Part shown: positions 40,483-49,946 of the stretch, in pieces
Numbering within the stretch: the first letter of the stretch is position 1
Layout: the number at the start of each line of letters is the position of its first letter
Source of the DNA: Candidatus Woesearchaeota archaeon
GTDB taxonomy: Archaea > Nanobdellota > Nanobdellia > Woesearchaeales > JAAOYA01
Assembly: GCA_018221105.1 (NCBI GenBank)
Contig: JAAOYA010000005.1
Coordinates: 1-64,000, forward strand
DNA: 64,000 nucleotides
Direction of reading: 5' to 3'
Translations under genes and position numbers: made by a program
The notes under the pieces: generated by a model
The model's input: the letters and a program-made list of their open reading frames with translations, nothing else
Told to the model about the DNA's origin: nothing
Database searches by the model: none

Positions 40483-40935
40483 ATGAAAAAGTTTATTATA
40501 CTACTCGCTCTTGCTTTTATGTCTGCCGTAATAATGGCAACGTACTACAACGCGTGGAATATCTGGGCAAAAATAGTATGGTCCAGACCACTACCTTCAA
40601 CTTTATTCGCTCGAGCACAACTGGCTTTTGTAATTATTTCAATTGCCGCCATCATCATCGGAATGTTCCCAGTATTTTTTAAGATGGGGACTAGCAAAAA
40701 AGCCAATACTAAACAATTGCTCGGCACCATCTGCACCATAGGTTTTATGATCGTTTGGTTTATTGGAACGTTTCACTGCATTTTTCAAGTCTTAGACTGG
40801 GCTGTGCTGGGCAAGAAAATAACCAGCCCTTACGAATTATTTATTGCTGAAGCAATGTTTACCGGCGTGTTAATCGCGATAATTAGTGTTACATTTCGTG
40901 ATTCGTTTAAGCATTTGCGTTCAACAGCACAGTAA
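40483..40935 (+). CDS. Hypothetical membrane protein (about 4 TM)
   Basis: AAAGGAGG RBS; hydrophobic segments. Confidence 0.7.
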   Translation: MKKFIILLALAFMSAVIMATYYNAWNIWAKIVWSRPLPSTLFARAQLAFVIISIAAIIIGMFPVFFKMGTSKKANTKQLLGTICTIGFMIVWFIGTFHCIFQVLDWAVLGKKITSPYELFIAEAMFTGVLIAIISVTFRDSFKHLRSTAQ

Positions 40936-40984
40936 AAAAATGCAGTTGTGCTAGACACAAAAAGAAAAATAAAGGAGGTTTAAC

Positions 40985-41332
40985 ATGTTAAATGATACTA
41001 TCGTTTGCTCCATCATCATATCAACCATAATGTTCATCGGTCCTGTGCGCTGGTGGCAACACTACGTCAACGCCGGCAAAGGCCAGAAGCTATTTCAACA
41101 TGTCTTCAACTTCGCGCTATGGATTGGCATCTTTGCACTGCTGACCTACCAAGTCTGGCTGGATTACAACAACAACGCTATTGTAAACGATTCTCTCACT
41201 CACTGGCTTCTCATAATCGTTATTCCAATGCTGACCAGCTTTATAGGCAATGCCTTCTGGTATTGGATTATCAATTACACAAAGATTGGCCAGGACTCAG
41301 TGCCAAGATCGCGTCCGATAAACTGCCAATAA
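40985..41332 (+). CDS. Hypothetical membrane protein (about 3 TM)
   Basis: AAAGGAGG RBS. Confidence 0.7.
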   Translation: MLNDTIVCSIIISTIMFIGPVRWWQHYVNAGKGQKLFQHVFNFALWIGIFALLTYQVWLDYNNNAIVNDSLTHWLLIIVIPMLTSFIGNAFWYWIINYTKIGQDSVPRSRPINCQ

Positions 41333-41430
41333 ACATATTCGGCTTTTCGAACAACTCCCAATCCGTTACTTCTTTCAGGTTGGGAGGATTCGACAAGTCG
41401 AAAATAAAACTTATTTCAAGGAGGTTTATT

Positions 41431-41964
41431 ATGAGACCAAGATTGTTTGAAGTAACACTGGTAATGCTTACAATGCTAATCCTGCTTGGTATTGTCTCGT
41501 ATAAGGTCTTCGAGTTCGAAAACTACCAAGCTATCGAAGTCCTCGAGCAAAAAACCAAGATAATATCGGCACAGGCAAGCTTTTCCAAGTACGATAAGAA
41601 CCTTAAAGTCTATGAAGATATTGTCTTTGGGCTACTTAATGATTATAACAAAGACCTCAAAGATGACGCTGTAAAAGTCGCCTGGTGGACTGAAAAGCTT
41701 GAAGGTCTTGAGACAAGCCTGGTAGAGCTTGACAGTAGAAAGATATTGTTTGAGCGCAATCACCCTGACTATCAGACTTTACTACCGGAGTATGCCAAAA
41801 GGACAACAGAGCTTTTCATTGCTTTAGAAAGACTAGTGGTTATCGAACTTGAAGGGCGAAAAGTTCTCCCACCTGGTTTTTTTGAGTCAAAACTTTCTCG
41901 TGAGATTGCTTGGTCTTATCAATTTATTACTGATTACACAATGATGCTTCAAGAAAAAAGTTAA
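41431..41964 (+). CDS. Hypothetical N-terminally anchored helical protein
   Basis: AAGGAGG-N6-ATG at 41431. Confidence 0.7.
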   Translation: MRPRLFEVTLVMLTMLILLGIVSYKVFEFENYQAIEVLEQKTKIISAQASFSKYDKNLKVYEDIVFGLLNDYNKDLKDDAVKVAWWTEKLEGLETSLVELDSRKILFERNHPDYQTLLPEYAKRTTELFIALERLVVIELEGRKVLPPGFFESKLSREIAWSYQFITDYTMMLQEKS

Positions 41965-41996
41965 CAAGTCTTCGCCCAAAAATAAAGGAGAATATC

Positions 41997-42392
41997 ATGA
42001 AAACTTTGTGGATTTTCACTTTCTTTTCTTTAATTGCCGCTATCATCATCTCGATTTGCTCGTTTTACGTTTCTGTTAAATTACAAGAAACTGTTGGCGA
42101 GCTAGCCGATAAAAACAAGGCCGAGCAGGAACATATAATTCTCGGTTTAGCTCAGCTAGTTTTAATACTTGGACTGTTCATCTTAGGAATTTATTTTTCA
42201 GTAAAGCTTGGCAGTTTCAAGTACGTAACAATAACCTTGGGTCTTATTGCAGCATCACAAATACCTTCAGCATCACACGAAGATGATCAAGAAGCAGAAC
42301 AATCGTTGCAACCCTCAAGGCGAAGCAACAAGTTACATACTGTAATATATGCTGCAATGGGTTTTTTTGGCGCTGCAGTATTGCTGCCCTAA
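41997..42392 (+). CDS. Hypothetical membrane protein
   Basis: AAAGGAG RBS. Confidence 0.7.
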   Translation: MKTLWIFTFFSLIAAIIISICSFYVSVKLQETVGELADKNKAEQEHIILGLAQLVLILGLFILGIYFSVKLGSFKYVTITLGLIAASQIPSASHEDDQEAEQSLQPSRRSNKLHTVIYAAMGFFGAAVLLP

Positions 42393-42420
42393 CTCTTTAC
42401 AATAACAAAGGAGGAGAATT

Positions 42421-42756
42421 ATGGAACAATTACTTATAGGTTTTTTCGCGCTCATCGGTATCTGTACTGTTTTCTGGGCTGGTTATCAGCTGATAAAGCT
42501 CGCAGTTGAGAGCTCTTTCAAGGCCAAAAAAGATCACAAGCTCAGCTTCGCTCTATACCTGGGCGGAACAGTCCTTACAGGTCTGGGTATGTTGAGCGTG
42601 CCATTGCTTGAGGTTGTCGGCTTTGGTCCGAAAAGCTTCACTCCTGCTGAAGAATTACTCCCGGGAGCTGCTTTTTTCACTCTCATAGCTGTTGGTTTAA
42701 TGAGGATATTTCTTTCTGATCACTTCAAAAAGCAGGCCAAAGAAGCCACTTCTTAA
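42421..42756 (+). CDS. Hypothetical membrane protein
   Basis: AAAGGAGG RBS. Confidence 0.7.
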   Translation: MEQLLIGFFALIGICTVFWAGYQLIKLAVESSFKAKKDHKLSFALYLGGTVLTGLGMLSVPLLEVVGFGPKSFTPAEELLPGAAFFTLIAVGLMRIFLSDHFKKQAKEATS

Positions 42757-42767
42757 CTGTTGAACCT

Positions 42768-42873
42768 AAGAGACCAACTGGGTTGGTCTCTTGCGAGCTC
42801 TCGGTCATTGACTGGCAGCGGTAACCCTTTCTCCCCTCCTTAAAAGTCCTGCTGGGTGATTGATTGCTCGCAA
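42768..42873 (+). ncRNA. Candidate structured RNA: hairpin plus long stem whose loop carries an anti-SD-like CTCCCCTCCTT
   Basis: AAGAGACCAAC/GTTGGTCTCTT; TTGCGAGC/GCTCGCAA; TCGGTCATT/GGTGATTGA with G-U pairs. Confidence 0.5.
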
Positions 42874-42918
42874 AAGATCAATCCAACGAACAATATAATA
42901 TTAAAAGGAGATTCAACA

Positions 42919-43200
42919 ATGAAACAAATTACTGATTCACAATGGACAAGTATAGCGGAGCAGCACTCTGATACCATTACCAAAATCGAAAAAGCAGTAA
43001 TTGGAGAATTGGACTGTTCTGTTGTTGTAACAAAGCAAGATGTAGGTCTCAAGTACTTGAAACTTATCATGAAATCTGCCGATCCTCCCGTGCAAGTTGT
43101 GTTACTGTATCATCTTTGCAAGGCATTTCATGATAATCCTTGCCAGCACGTTATCGAAGAAAAAGTTTTAGAAGCCTCAAGTGGAGCGTCGCACCATTAA
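42919..43200 (+). CDS. Hypothetical protein
   Basis: AAAGGAG-N8-ATG 42919. Confidence 0.65.
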   Translation: MKQITDSQWTSIAEQHSDTITKIEKAVIGELDCSVVVTKQDVGLKYLKLIMKSADPPVQVVLLYHLCKAFHDNPCQHVIEEKVLEASSGASHH

Positions 43201-43231
43201 ATAAAACTTTTTAGGAAAAGGAGGTTTTGTT

Positions 43232-43843
43232 ATGGCTATTGCTTTTAGTTTGTTGTTCATCATGGTGTTGTTTTTTATCAGCACTGAAGTTTTCAGACAG
43301 TTAAAGAACGTGAAATCTCCTGGCAAGTCCTTTATTTTTCTTACTTGTTATATTACCATTTGGACTTTTGTTGCTTGGTTTTCAATAACACTTTTTTACA
43401 CTGTCACAATCAATGATTTATACAATCTTTTTGTTGGCGCGTGGTTGATGTTTATCTGTGCTTCTACAATAGTATTTTTTGCTGATATAACTCTCAACCG
43501 AGAACTTTCAATTTTCACATTTACAATACAATTACCCGGTTTTGCAGCGTCAATTTTTGCTGGAATCATGGCTTTTTTGTTTATTGATTGGGGTTGGTCG
43601 TTAGCGAAAAATTATGAACAAGTAAAAGCCGACCCTATACTATCAAAATTGACAACAGTTGTTTTGGCTGTTGTGGCAATTCTTTTTTGGCTTTCTATAG
43701 ATAGAAGTTTGTCGAAAAAGTTTGACAAGTCTTTTGCCAAAAAAGATGTGTTTTCTGGCGATAGAATTATTATCAAAAAGGTTGTTTTCAAGCGCAACCT
43801 TGCAATCATAGTAATAACGTGTTTTCTGGCATTCATTCTATAA
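43232..43843 (+). CDS. Hypothetical multi-pass membrane protein
   Basis: AAAGGAGG RBS; about 6 TM. Confidence 0.7.
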   Translation: MAIAFSLLFIMVLFFISTEVFRQLKNVKSPGKSFIFLTCYITIWTFVAWFSITLFYTVTINDLYNLFVGAWLMFICASTIVFFADITLNRELSIFTFTIQLPGFAASIFAGIMAFLFIDWGWSLAKNYEQVKADPILSKLTTVVLAVVAILFWLSIDRSLSKKFDKSFAKKDVFSGDRIIIKKVVFKRNLAIIVITCFLAFIL

Positions 43844-43863
43844 TTAAAAGGAGGTGTGTTGTT

Positions 43864-44499
43864 ATGGCAAAAAAACAGTATGTTTGGCTTGTGTGTAATG
43901 AGTGCGGCAATAAAAAGGGTGGTCGTGCGACGGCCTACCAGCAACATGAACAAGGTTACCTTGATACGCACTGCAACAAATGTCACAAGAGTACCCGCCA
44001 CGATATCCATAGTAGGCGACACGAAGCAGCGCAAAGAAGTAAGACTTTAATATCTGCGCTAGCAATAGTGATGCTTACGGTGCTAATCCTTCCTTCAATA
44101 ACCTTTGCTACAGGTCCACAACTCGCCATTATTGTTGATGATCAAGTATTTTATGACCAGCAAGAAATGCTTGTTGATCCTCTTGACAAGTATGACATCA
44201 AAGTCACAATTGGCGACCTCCCAATCTTCGTTGTTTTCGAGCCTGGGCTTTTTGAAGAAGACATCGATGATTATGCAACTACAGTTTACGAACGTTCCAA
44301 GAGCAAGCGCTTAAAAAATGGCGGCGTACTGCTAGTTTTTAGCGATCACGATGTCGTTGGCGTTCAAGGTAATAAAGTCACTGTTCAAGTTCGCCAGCAA
44401 GTAAACAAAAAAGCTCTCGACCATCTCTTAGTAGACATTTATGTGTTGGCAGTCTGGGACGTCATCGACGTCTTGAAAATCATGCTCTTTGAAGAATAA
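43864..44499 (+). CDS. Zinc-ribbon + TM + TPM-like domain protein
   Basis: CNEC..CNKC..H; TM; DIDDYATTVYER..KNGGVLLVFS; AAAGGAGGTG RBS. Confidence 0.6.
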   Translation: MAKKQYVWLVCNECGNKKGGRATAYQQHEQGYLDTHCNKCHKSTRHDIHSRRHEAAQRSKTLISALAIVMLTVLILPSITFATGPQLAIIVDDQVFYDQQEMLVDPLDKYDIKVTIGDLPIFVVFEPGLFEEDIDDYATTVYERSKSKRLKNGGVLLVFSDHDVVGVQGNKVTVQVRQQVNKKALDHLLVDIYVLAVWDVIDVLKIMLFEE

Positions 44500-44519
44500 A
44501 AAAAGGAGGTGATACTATA

Positions 44520-45005
44520 ATGAATTCAGAATCTACTATTGAATTGTTCGAGGGTTTTTTGCGGGGTCCTGATTTAGGTTTTGGTGTTCGCGAGTGCCTG
44601 GCTTTTATTTTAAAAGCTGATCACTCACAATGGGTGTCGCTCGTGAATGATTTTTTTATGGTTTACTATGTTAATGGTTTGGTAGCGCCACAAAGTTTCG
44701 AGTCCGACAACGAGATTGCATGGACAGTTATTGATTCTTTTGCTGATAACAGTCCTTCGTTGGAATCTCACACTGAAATGGTTGTTGACTTTCTCAAAGC
44801 TTTAGAGTCGTTTAATGGCTCTTTTGAGGAACAACTATCATTTCTTAAGGCTTTGCTGGCTTCAAAACGCATTAGTATGACTTTCGAGCAGTCTGTTAGC
44901 AGCGCCTTAGAAACAACTGTCGCGCTAACAATTTTTGAGGCGATAACTAACGCCTTCAACTCTGAAGAAGAAACAGAAGACGACACACCAATCGTTATCC
45001 ACTAG
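44520..45005 (+). CDS. Hypothetical acidic protein
   Basis: AAAGGAGGTGA RBS. Confidence 0.7.
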   Translation: MNSESTIELFEGFLRGPDLGFGVRECLAFILKADHSQWVSLVNDFFMVYYVNGLVAPQSFESDNEIAWTVIDSFADNSPSLESHTEMVVDFLKALESFNGSFEEQLSFLKALLASKRISMTFEQSVSSALETTVALTIFEAITNAFNSEEETEDDTPIVIH

Positions 45006-45068
45006 TAAAATCGGTTGTACAAGATTTTGAAAGCTTAAACCTTAACAAAGAATGCGGAGGGTGAGAAA

Positions 45069-46220
45069 ATGAAAAGGTTAATGATTGTGATACTAGCAGC
45101 GTTCGTTCTGATTATCACTGGTTGTGGTGGTAGTTCTAGTCAGTCAAAGATTGACGAGGTTCCTATGGTTCCAGTGACTAGCGAGTTTTTCGCGCAGGTT
45201 AATTCTGCTTCAAAGACCCTTTATGGTCACATTGACAGCTTGCTGGTTAACGGCTCTGTTGTTGACGAGGAATTCGAGTATTTGGTTGTCAACTGGGATC
45301 CTGAATACTCCAAAATCGAGTCTTTTGTTCTGGAGTTTTGGGGCTCTGACAATTCACTGACTGCCGCCGGGCCTAACGGTGAAGTCGTGAGTCTGGTACT
45401 TGAAGAACACCGTTACGCTGATGGCTGGGTTGGAGAACTCATCTTTGATGATGGTGAAGTCCTTACAACTTATGTTGTCAGGCTTTTAGAGCCAGATATG
45501 TTCACTAATCTAGTCATGCTCAACGATCCTTTCACTGGTTATGACTGGGACGGCCCTGGTAATTGGGATCATGAGTCAGAACACGTGAGCTTTTACGTGA
45601 GCACCAGCCAGTACACTGACAATCCCTACGATGTTGCTGTTGGAGCGCACTGGGGGCAGTGGGTTGACAGTAACAACTCTGAAGATTATGTGGTGCACTT
45701 TTTCGGCCAGGACATCAGTGTTTATGATACAAGTATCATCGTAACTGGTGAAATGATCAAAGGTCACTCTGTAAAACAACCTGTTAGTAGTAGTACAGAA
45801 CCTGTTACGCTGTCAAGTGGTCAGACTGGCTGGTTTAGCAATGACTACGATTTTTACGTTAAGTACGAAGAAGATGGTTGGCTGCGCTTTGACGGCGACT
45901 ACTATGTCTGGCCTGTTGCTGGAATGCCGCCAATACCAACGTATAACGGCACGCTTTCAATCACTGCCGTTGATATTGATGCTGGCACTGTCACTTTCAC
46001 TTACGAGCAAGAAGGCGGCTTTGTTATTGAGGACCCTCACAGTTATTACGGTTTCGAGTTGGTCATCAGCGAACCACCAAGTCCCGGCAATTGTTATCAG
46101 TCAACGCTCACAGTCTACGACACTACAGGCCCTGAAACCATTACCTTGCCCATTTGTCCAACTCCACAAGCAAGCGCAGGTGGCGGTGGAAGCTCAGGCG
46201 GGGGCGGGGGAGGATCATAA
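45069..46220 (+). CDS. Putative lipoprotein, beta-rich and acidic, with Gly/Ser C-terminal tail
   Basis: MKRLMIVILAAFVLIITGC lipobox; ends GGGGSSGGGGGGS. Confidence 0.75.
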   Translation: MKRLMIVILAAFVLIITGCGGSSSQSKIDEVPMVPVTSEFFAQVNSASKTLYGHIDSLLVNGSVVDEEFEYLVVNWDPEYSKIESFVLEFWGSDNSLTAAGPNGEVVSLVLEEHRYADGWVGELIFDDGEVLTTYVVRLLEPDMFTNLVMLNDPFTGYDWDGPGNWDHESEHVSFYVSTSQYTDNPYDVAVGAHWGQWVDSNNSEDYVVHFFGQDISVYDTSIIVTGEMIKGHSVKQPVSSSTEPVTLSSGQTGWFSNDYDFYVKYEEDGWLRFDGDYYVWPVAGMPPIPTYNGTLSITAVDIDAGTVTFTYEQEGGFVIEDPHSYYGFELVISEPPSPGNCYQSTLTVYDTTGPETITLPICPTPQASAGGGGSSGGGGGGS

Positions 46221-46334
46221 CAGATAAAAAAATGTTGTCTTTTTTAAGGTGAAGAAATTAACATTGAACTATTCGGTGTCACTCAACATTACTGGTGTAG
46301 TGTGACATCGAACTTTTTCTTTAAGGAGTCAATC

Positions 46335-47651
46335 ATGAAAGTTAAAACAAGTATGGGACGTTGGGTTGTTGAAGCCACTGACGGTAGGGAAGCGCGCGAT
46401 TTGCACAATGTAATCGCAAACATGTCAATGGGAAACTCTCTCACTTACGTAGGCCATGACATTTTAACGGGCGAGGTGTTGGCTCTGCGCTTTACTTTCG
46501 CTTATGGTAAAAAGCTCACCATCAAAGCAAAGCCTGGTGATGATAGTGAAAATCATCGAATGGTTGGCGATCTACACTTGGCTATTCGCGCGGCCGATAA
46601 AAAGGCCATATACGCTGGCAACAGTCCTGGTGAAGGGCCGGTCATTCATTTGATCACTGGCCATTGCACGCACTGTAATAGCGGCGTTTGCACTCCTTTA
46701 GAGATCCAGACCAGAATCTGTGACCGGTGCAGCGTGATCAAGTGCGAGCACGAGTACATCCTGGGCGAATTCGAGCCGGAAAATTGCAGGCATTGCTTGC
46801 GTGAAAAGCCTGAAGATTTTATCGATGAATCGGAGCTTTACCATGATGCTCTGATCGGGCTCAAGAACATCATGAGCATGAGGTACCACTACACGGACGC
46901 TGTTGCTCGAAAGATGGTAGAGTATATCGAAGCCCAGAAAGATGCTTTTCGCCCACTGCTCTACACGCACCTGCTTTTGCATTATGATATTAGCAGTTGT
47001 TCTTCGCCAGCACGCAACGATCATGATGTCGTGGTTTCTGAGCGTTGGAAATTTGCTCTCGCGCATACTTCAATGGTCTACATGGGGCTTTGTAAGGATC
47101 TCGAGAGAGCTGGTTATTCGTATCATCCTGAAGAAGTTGGTGAAATGGTCAACAACGCCATCAACGGCGCGGGGCTCAAGACTGAAAAGTGGGCCATGTT
47201 CGCTCACATCTTTTTGAATGGACAGCACTTTTTCCCGTACGTTCAAATTCCCCATGAAGCGGCCCGTTTTCTCAAGCCAGACAAAGAGCTTAACCTGGTG
47301 TTCGAGCACGGAAAGCTCAGCGAAAAATATGGTGCTCTGATACGCAGGATCCTCAGATCTCCAATGGTAGAAAATAATATTCCTACAGCAATCGGGGTGT
47401 TCTTTGCTTTTGCCAATGAGGAATTCAAAAGTCCTGTTGAGAAAGGCATGTTCATGACAATGGCTTTGAAGGAAATGGCACAGTTCAAAAAAGACCATGT
47501 CAAAGTCGGGATCAGCCACATCATCAAGGGCCTCTTCGAAGACGACGACGAAGAAGGTGATGGTGTCATTGTAATAGGAGAACAGGGCCTTGGCATTCCG
47601 CCAGAGCTCATCGAACACTTAAAGCGCCGGGCGGGTCTTGGCGGCCTTTAA
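46335..47651 (+). CDS. Hypothetical protein with central Cys/His zinc-binding cluster
   Basis: CTHC..CDRC..CEH..CRHC; AAGGAG-N6-ATG 46335. Confidence 0.75.
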   Translation: MKVKTSMGRWVVEATDGREARDLHNVIANMSMGNSLTYVGHDILTGEVLALRFTFAYGKKLTIKAKPGDDSENHRMVGDLHLAIRAADKKAIYAGNSPGEGPVIHLITGHCTHCNSGVCTPLEIQTRICDRCSVIKCEHEYILGEFEPENCRHCLREKPEDFIDESELYHDALIGLKNIMSMRYHYTDAVARKMVEYIEAQKDAFRPLLYTHLLLHYDISSCSSPARNDHDVVVSERWKFALAHTSMVYMGLCKDLERAGYSYHPEEVGEMVNNAINGAGLKTEKWAMFAHIFLNGQHFFPYVQIPHEAARFLKPDKELNLVFEHGKLSEKYGALIRRILRSPMVENNIPTAIGVFFAFANEEFKSPVEKGMFMTMALKEMAQFKKDHVKVGISHIIKGLFEDDDEEGDGVIVIGEQGLGIPPELIEHLKRRAGLGGL

Positions 47652-47693
47652 ACTTTAACAACAATTTGCAAAAACAATGAAAGGAGCGTTATT

Positions 47694-48344
47694 ATGAAGT
47701 GTAGAGTGCCTGCTCCTTGGGAAGCTATTGCCACTAATTTTCCTGTTGACACATTGTGTTTTGTTGGCAGTAGTTTTCCCAATATGAGCAGCTTTGCTAG
47801 AATTGTCGAGGTTGTAGAAGATGATTCTTCAAAGCTAATCGTTAACATCCTATCATGGCCTGACTGTTCGTTAAGCACGGGAAAAAAAGTTGCCAGTGAC
47901 TTGTTATTGGTGACTACAAAGGCCAAGCGCGAGTGGATCAATGACTTTTTGACGCATCAACTCGAATATAAGGTGATTGCGCGTGATAACGCTGAGGCCA
48001 TCAAAGAGTTTTTCGCCGAGCTCAAAGAGCATGGTGATGATTTTTGGCGTCACGCTCGCTATTACTGGGTCGAGTACCCGTACCTTACTGGTCGCGGTCG
48101 CACTTACGTGGTCAAGGCAATAGGCCAGTTTCCAGGCAAGGACATGAAAATTGCCAGCACTCTTGTAGTTTCTACTGGCCAAGTACGAGAAGCTGATGAA
48201 GAAGCTGAAGCTGCAAGGCCTTACCTTAACGGCGAGATCTACAAGTTAGACATTGTACAACTCGAAACCCTGGCCTTGGACTTTGCGAGCGCCTGCAAAG
48301 CAGCTGCCAACATCGAAAAGTTTCTAGGCCGCGAAAAAGCCTAA
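47694..48344 (+). CDS. Hypothetical protein
   Basis: AAAGGAG RBS; 216 aa. Confidence 0.7.
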   Translation: MKCRVPAPWEAIATNFPVDTLCFVGSSFPNMSSFARIVEVVEDDSSKLIVNILSWPDCSLSTGKKVASDLLLVTTKAKREWINDFLTHQLEYKVIARDNAEAIKEFFAELKEHGDDFWRHARYYWVEYPYLTGRGRTYVVKAIGQFPGKDMKIASTLVVSTGQVREADEEAEAARPYLNGEIYKLDIVQLETLALDFASACKAAANIEKFLGREKA

Positions 48345-48379
48345 GAAAAAAACTCGTTTAACTGAAAGGAGATTATATC

Positions 48380-48739
48380 ATGCATTTGTTAGAGAAAATC
48401 ATCAATAACCCTTTAATCGCAATTTCTATCATCGCCGGCGTCATCGCCTTTTTTGGCATCGGAATATTTCTGGCCTACTTTCCTCAGCGCCGCCTTAGAG
48501 ACCAGCACGTGCTGATTCGCTGCTTGATATCTCTTTGCAGCACTGCTTTTATCATCCTTTCTATCTCGTGCGTCATCACCTTTCTTAACCAATACTTCTT
48601 TAGCAAGCCTATGGGTTTTGAGCACAAAGCCATCGCTGTCGGCATAGGCCTGGCAATATGTTTTTCCACCACTGTCTTTGGAGCTTTTTCGGCTCGCCAA
48701 GAAGAAGTATCGATGGCAGAAGAGAAGAGTTACGCGTAA
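48380..48739 (+). CDS. Hypothetical membrane protein (3 TM)
   Basis: AAAGGAG RBS. Confidence 0.7.
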   Translation: MHLLEKIINNPLIAISIIAGVIAFFGIGIFLAYFPQRRLRDQHVLIRCLISLCSTAFIILSISCVITFLNQYFFSKPMGFEHKAIAVGIGLAICFSTTVFGAFSARQEEVSMAEEKSYA

Positions 48740-48831
48740 GCAATATAATTCACAATAAAATCCCTAGCGCGCGCGGCAAACATGACATTTTGTTTGTCGC
48801 GCGTTACTAACTTTTTATTTGGAGGTTGGCC

Positions 48832-49050
48832 ATGAAAAAAGAACGTAAGGTTTATTGGAGTGGTCAACTGCCTGATGAGGAGTTGGATCGCTTGAAAAAA
48901 AAGCATGGTGAAGGACCTTTTAAAGTTGTTAAAACAAGTACTTCAAAATCAACAAATCCTCCACCTAGGAAGCTTCCGTACGTTTGTTTTATCGATGAAA
49001 ACGGCAAAGAAGTGCACATGCCAATGTGTACTTTCATTTTTTGTCAATAA
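48832..49050 (+). CDS. Hypothetical small protein
   Basis: GGAGG-N6-ATG 48832. Confidence 0.6.
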   Translation: MKKERKVYWSGQLPDEELDRLKKKHGEGPFKVVKTSTSKSTNPPPRKLPYVCFIDENGKEVHMPMCTFIFCQ

Positions 49051-49074
49051 TAATCTATGCGCTCTTTTTTCGCG

Positions 49075-49336
49075 TAAGTTTTTTATATTACTTCATGAGT
49101 ACTAATTGCCCTATAATATTCACTTAATAAAAAACTGTTTTCTGCAATTGCAATGAACTCTCGCGCTTGAGCAAAAGCCTGCCAATCGCCTCATTGCTTT
49201 ATAGCAGAACAAAACCCTTGTTAGTAGCTTCAAACTAAACTGTTGTTGTCAAAAGCAAGACTTGTAAACAATGCGGAAAACCCGAAAAACGTTGTATGAA
49301 TTCTAATAGTTAATACTATGAAAGGAGGTTTATATT
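49075..49336 (+). promoter_or_regulatory. TATA-type promoter and leader of array 1b, paralogous to 40060-40303
   Basis: AAGTTTTTTATATTA, GAGCAAAAGCCTGC, GAACAAAACCCTT, CAAAAG, GCGGAAAACCCGAAA in the same order. Confidence 0.55.
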
Positions 49337-49468
49337 TTGAAAAGCTCGATTAAAAAGTTCAAGGTTGGTGCTTTGGAGTACTGGAGCGAGCAAGGTAAAG
49401 CGACAGCAATATTGTTGTTTGCTATCTTGGTGGTTCTGGCAATACCTTATGGTTTTTTTCTCAAGTAG
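49337..49468 (+). CDS. 43-aa C-terminal-TM microprotein (TTG start; not in ORF track)
   Basis: AAAGGAGG-N8-TTG; ..ATAILLFAILVVLAIPYGFFLK. Confidence 0.5.
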   Translation: MKSSIKKFKVGALEYWSEQGKATAILLFAILVVLAIPYGFFLK

Positions 49469-49475
49469 TTTTTGT

Positions 49476-49649
49476 GCGCTTAGCACGGCAACATTTCATA
49501 GGCAATGGTTTCCTTGATGGGTTTTCTATGACCCAAAGGTCTTTTCCTAAAGGAACCTTTCAAACTCCCCAAGGTCCGGCCACTTTCTCTCCCCTTCCAT
49601 AGGAGAGTCCCCACCTGACCTTTTGGAATGCCTTTGTCGTGCTAAGCGC
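49476..49649 (+). ncRNA. Candidate multi-stem RNA closed by a 16-bp stem
   Basis: GCGCTTAGCACGGCAA/TTGTCGTGCTAAGCGC (one G-U); inner TGGGTT/GACCCA, AAGGTC/GACCTT, CTCTCC/GGAGAG. Confidence 0.55.
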
Positions 49650-49676
49650 TACCCAAAACAAAGGAGGTAGACTTTA

Positions 49677-49940
49677 ATGAACGCGAGTGCAGTAGTGTTG
49701 GTTTATCCAACTGATGTAAACGTGCAGGCTAAAGCTCATGATTTTGAAAGTGCTGGCTTGCGCACTGTTGCTGTTGGCAATCACGCAGTGGTGATGAGAG
49801 ATGGCAAACAACAAAGAGTGTCAGATGTTATCACAAAACAAGTGGCAGAGGATTACGCTGCTAAAGAAGTGTTAGTGATTATTGCTAACACACACCCCTA
49901 CATTCCCTCAAAGGTTGACTGGGATAGAAGAAGGAGGTAA
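49677..49940 (+). CDS. Hypothetical protein
   Basis: AAAGGAGG RBS. Confidence 0.65.
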   Translation: MNASAVVLVYPTDVNVQAKAHDFESAGLRTVAVGNHAVVMRDGKQQRVSDVITKQVAEDYAAKEVLVIIANTHPYIPSKVDWDRRRR

Positions 49941-49946
49941 AGTCTT

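Noticed and set aside
41005..41430. 319-aa ORF starting at 41005
   Set aside because: Its 5' part overlaps the 40985 gene in another frame and crosses a hairpin; the strong RBS points to ATG 41431.
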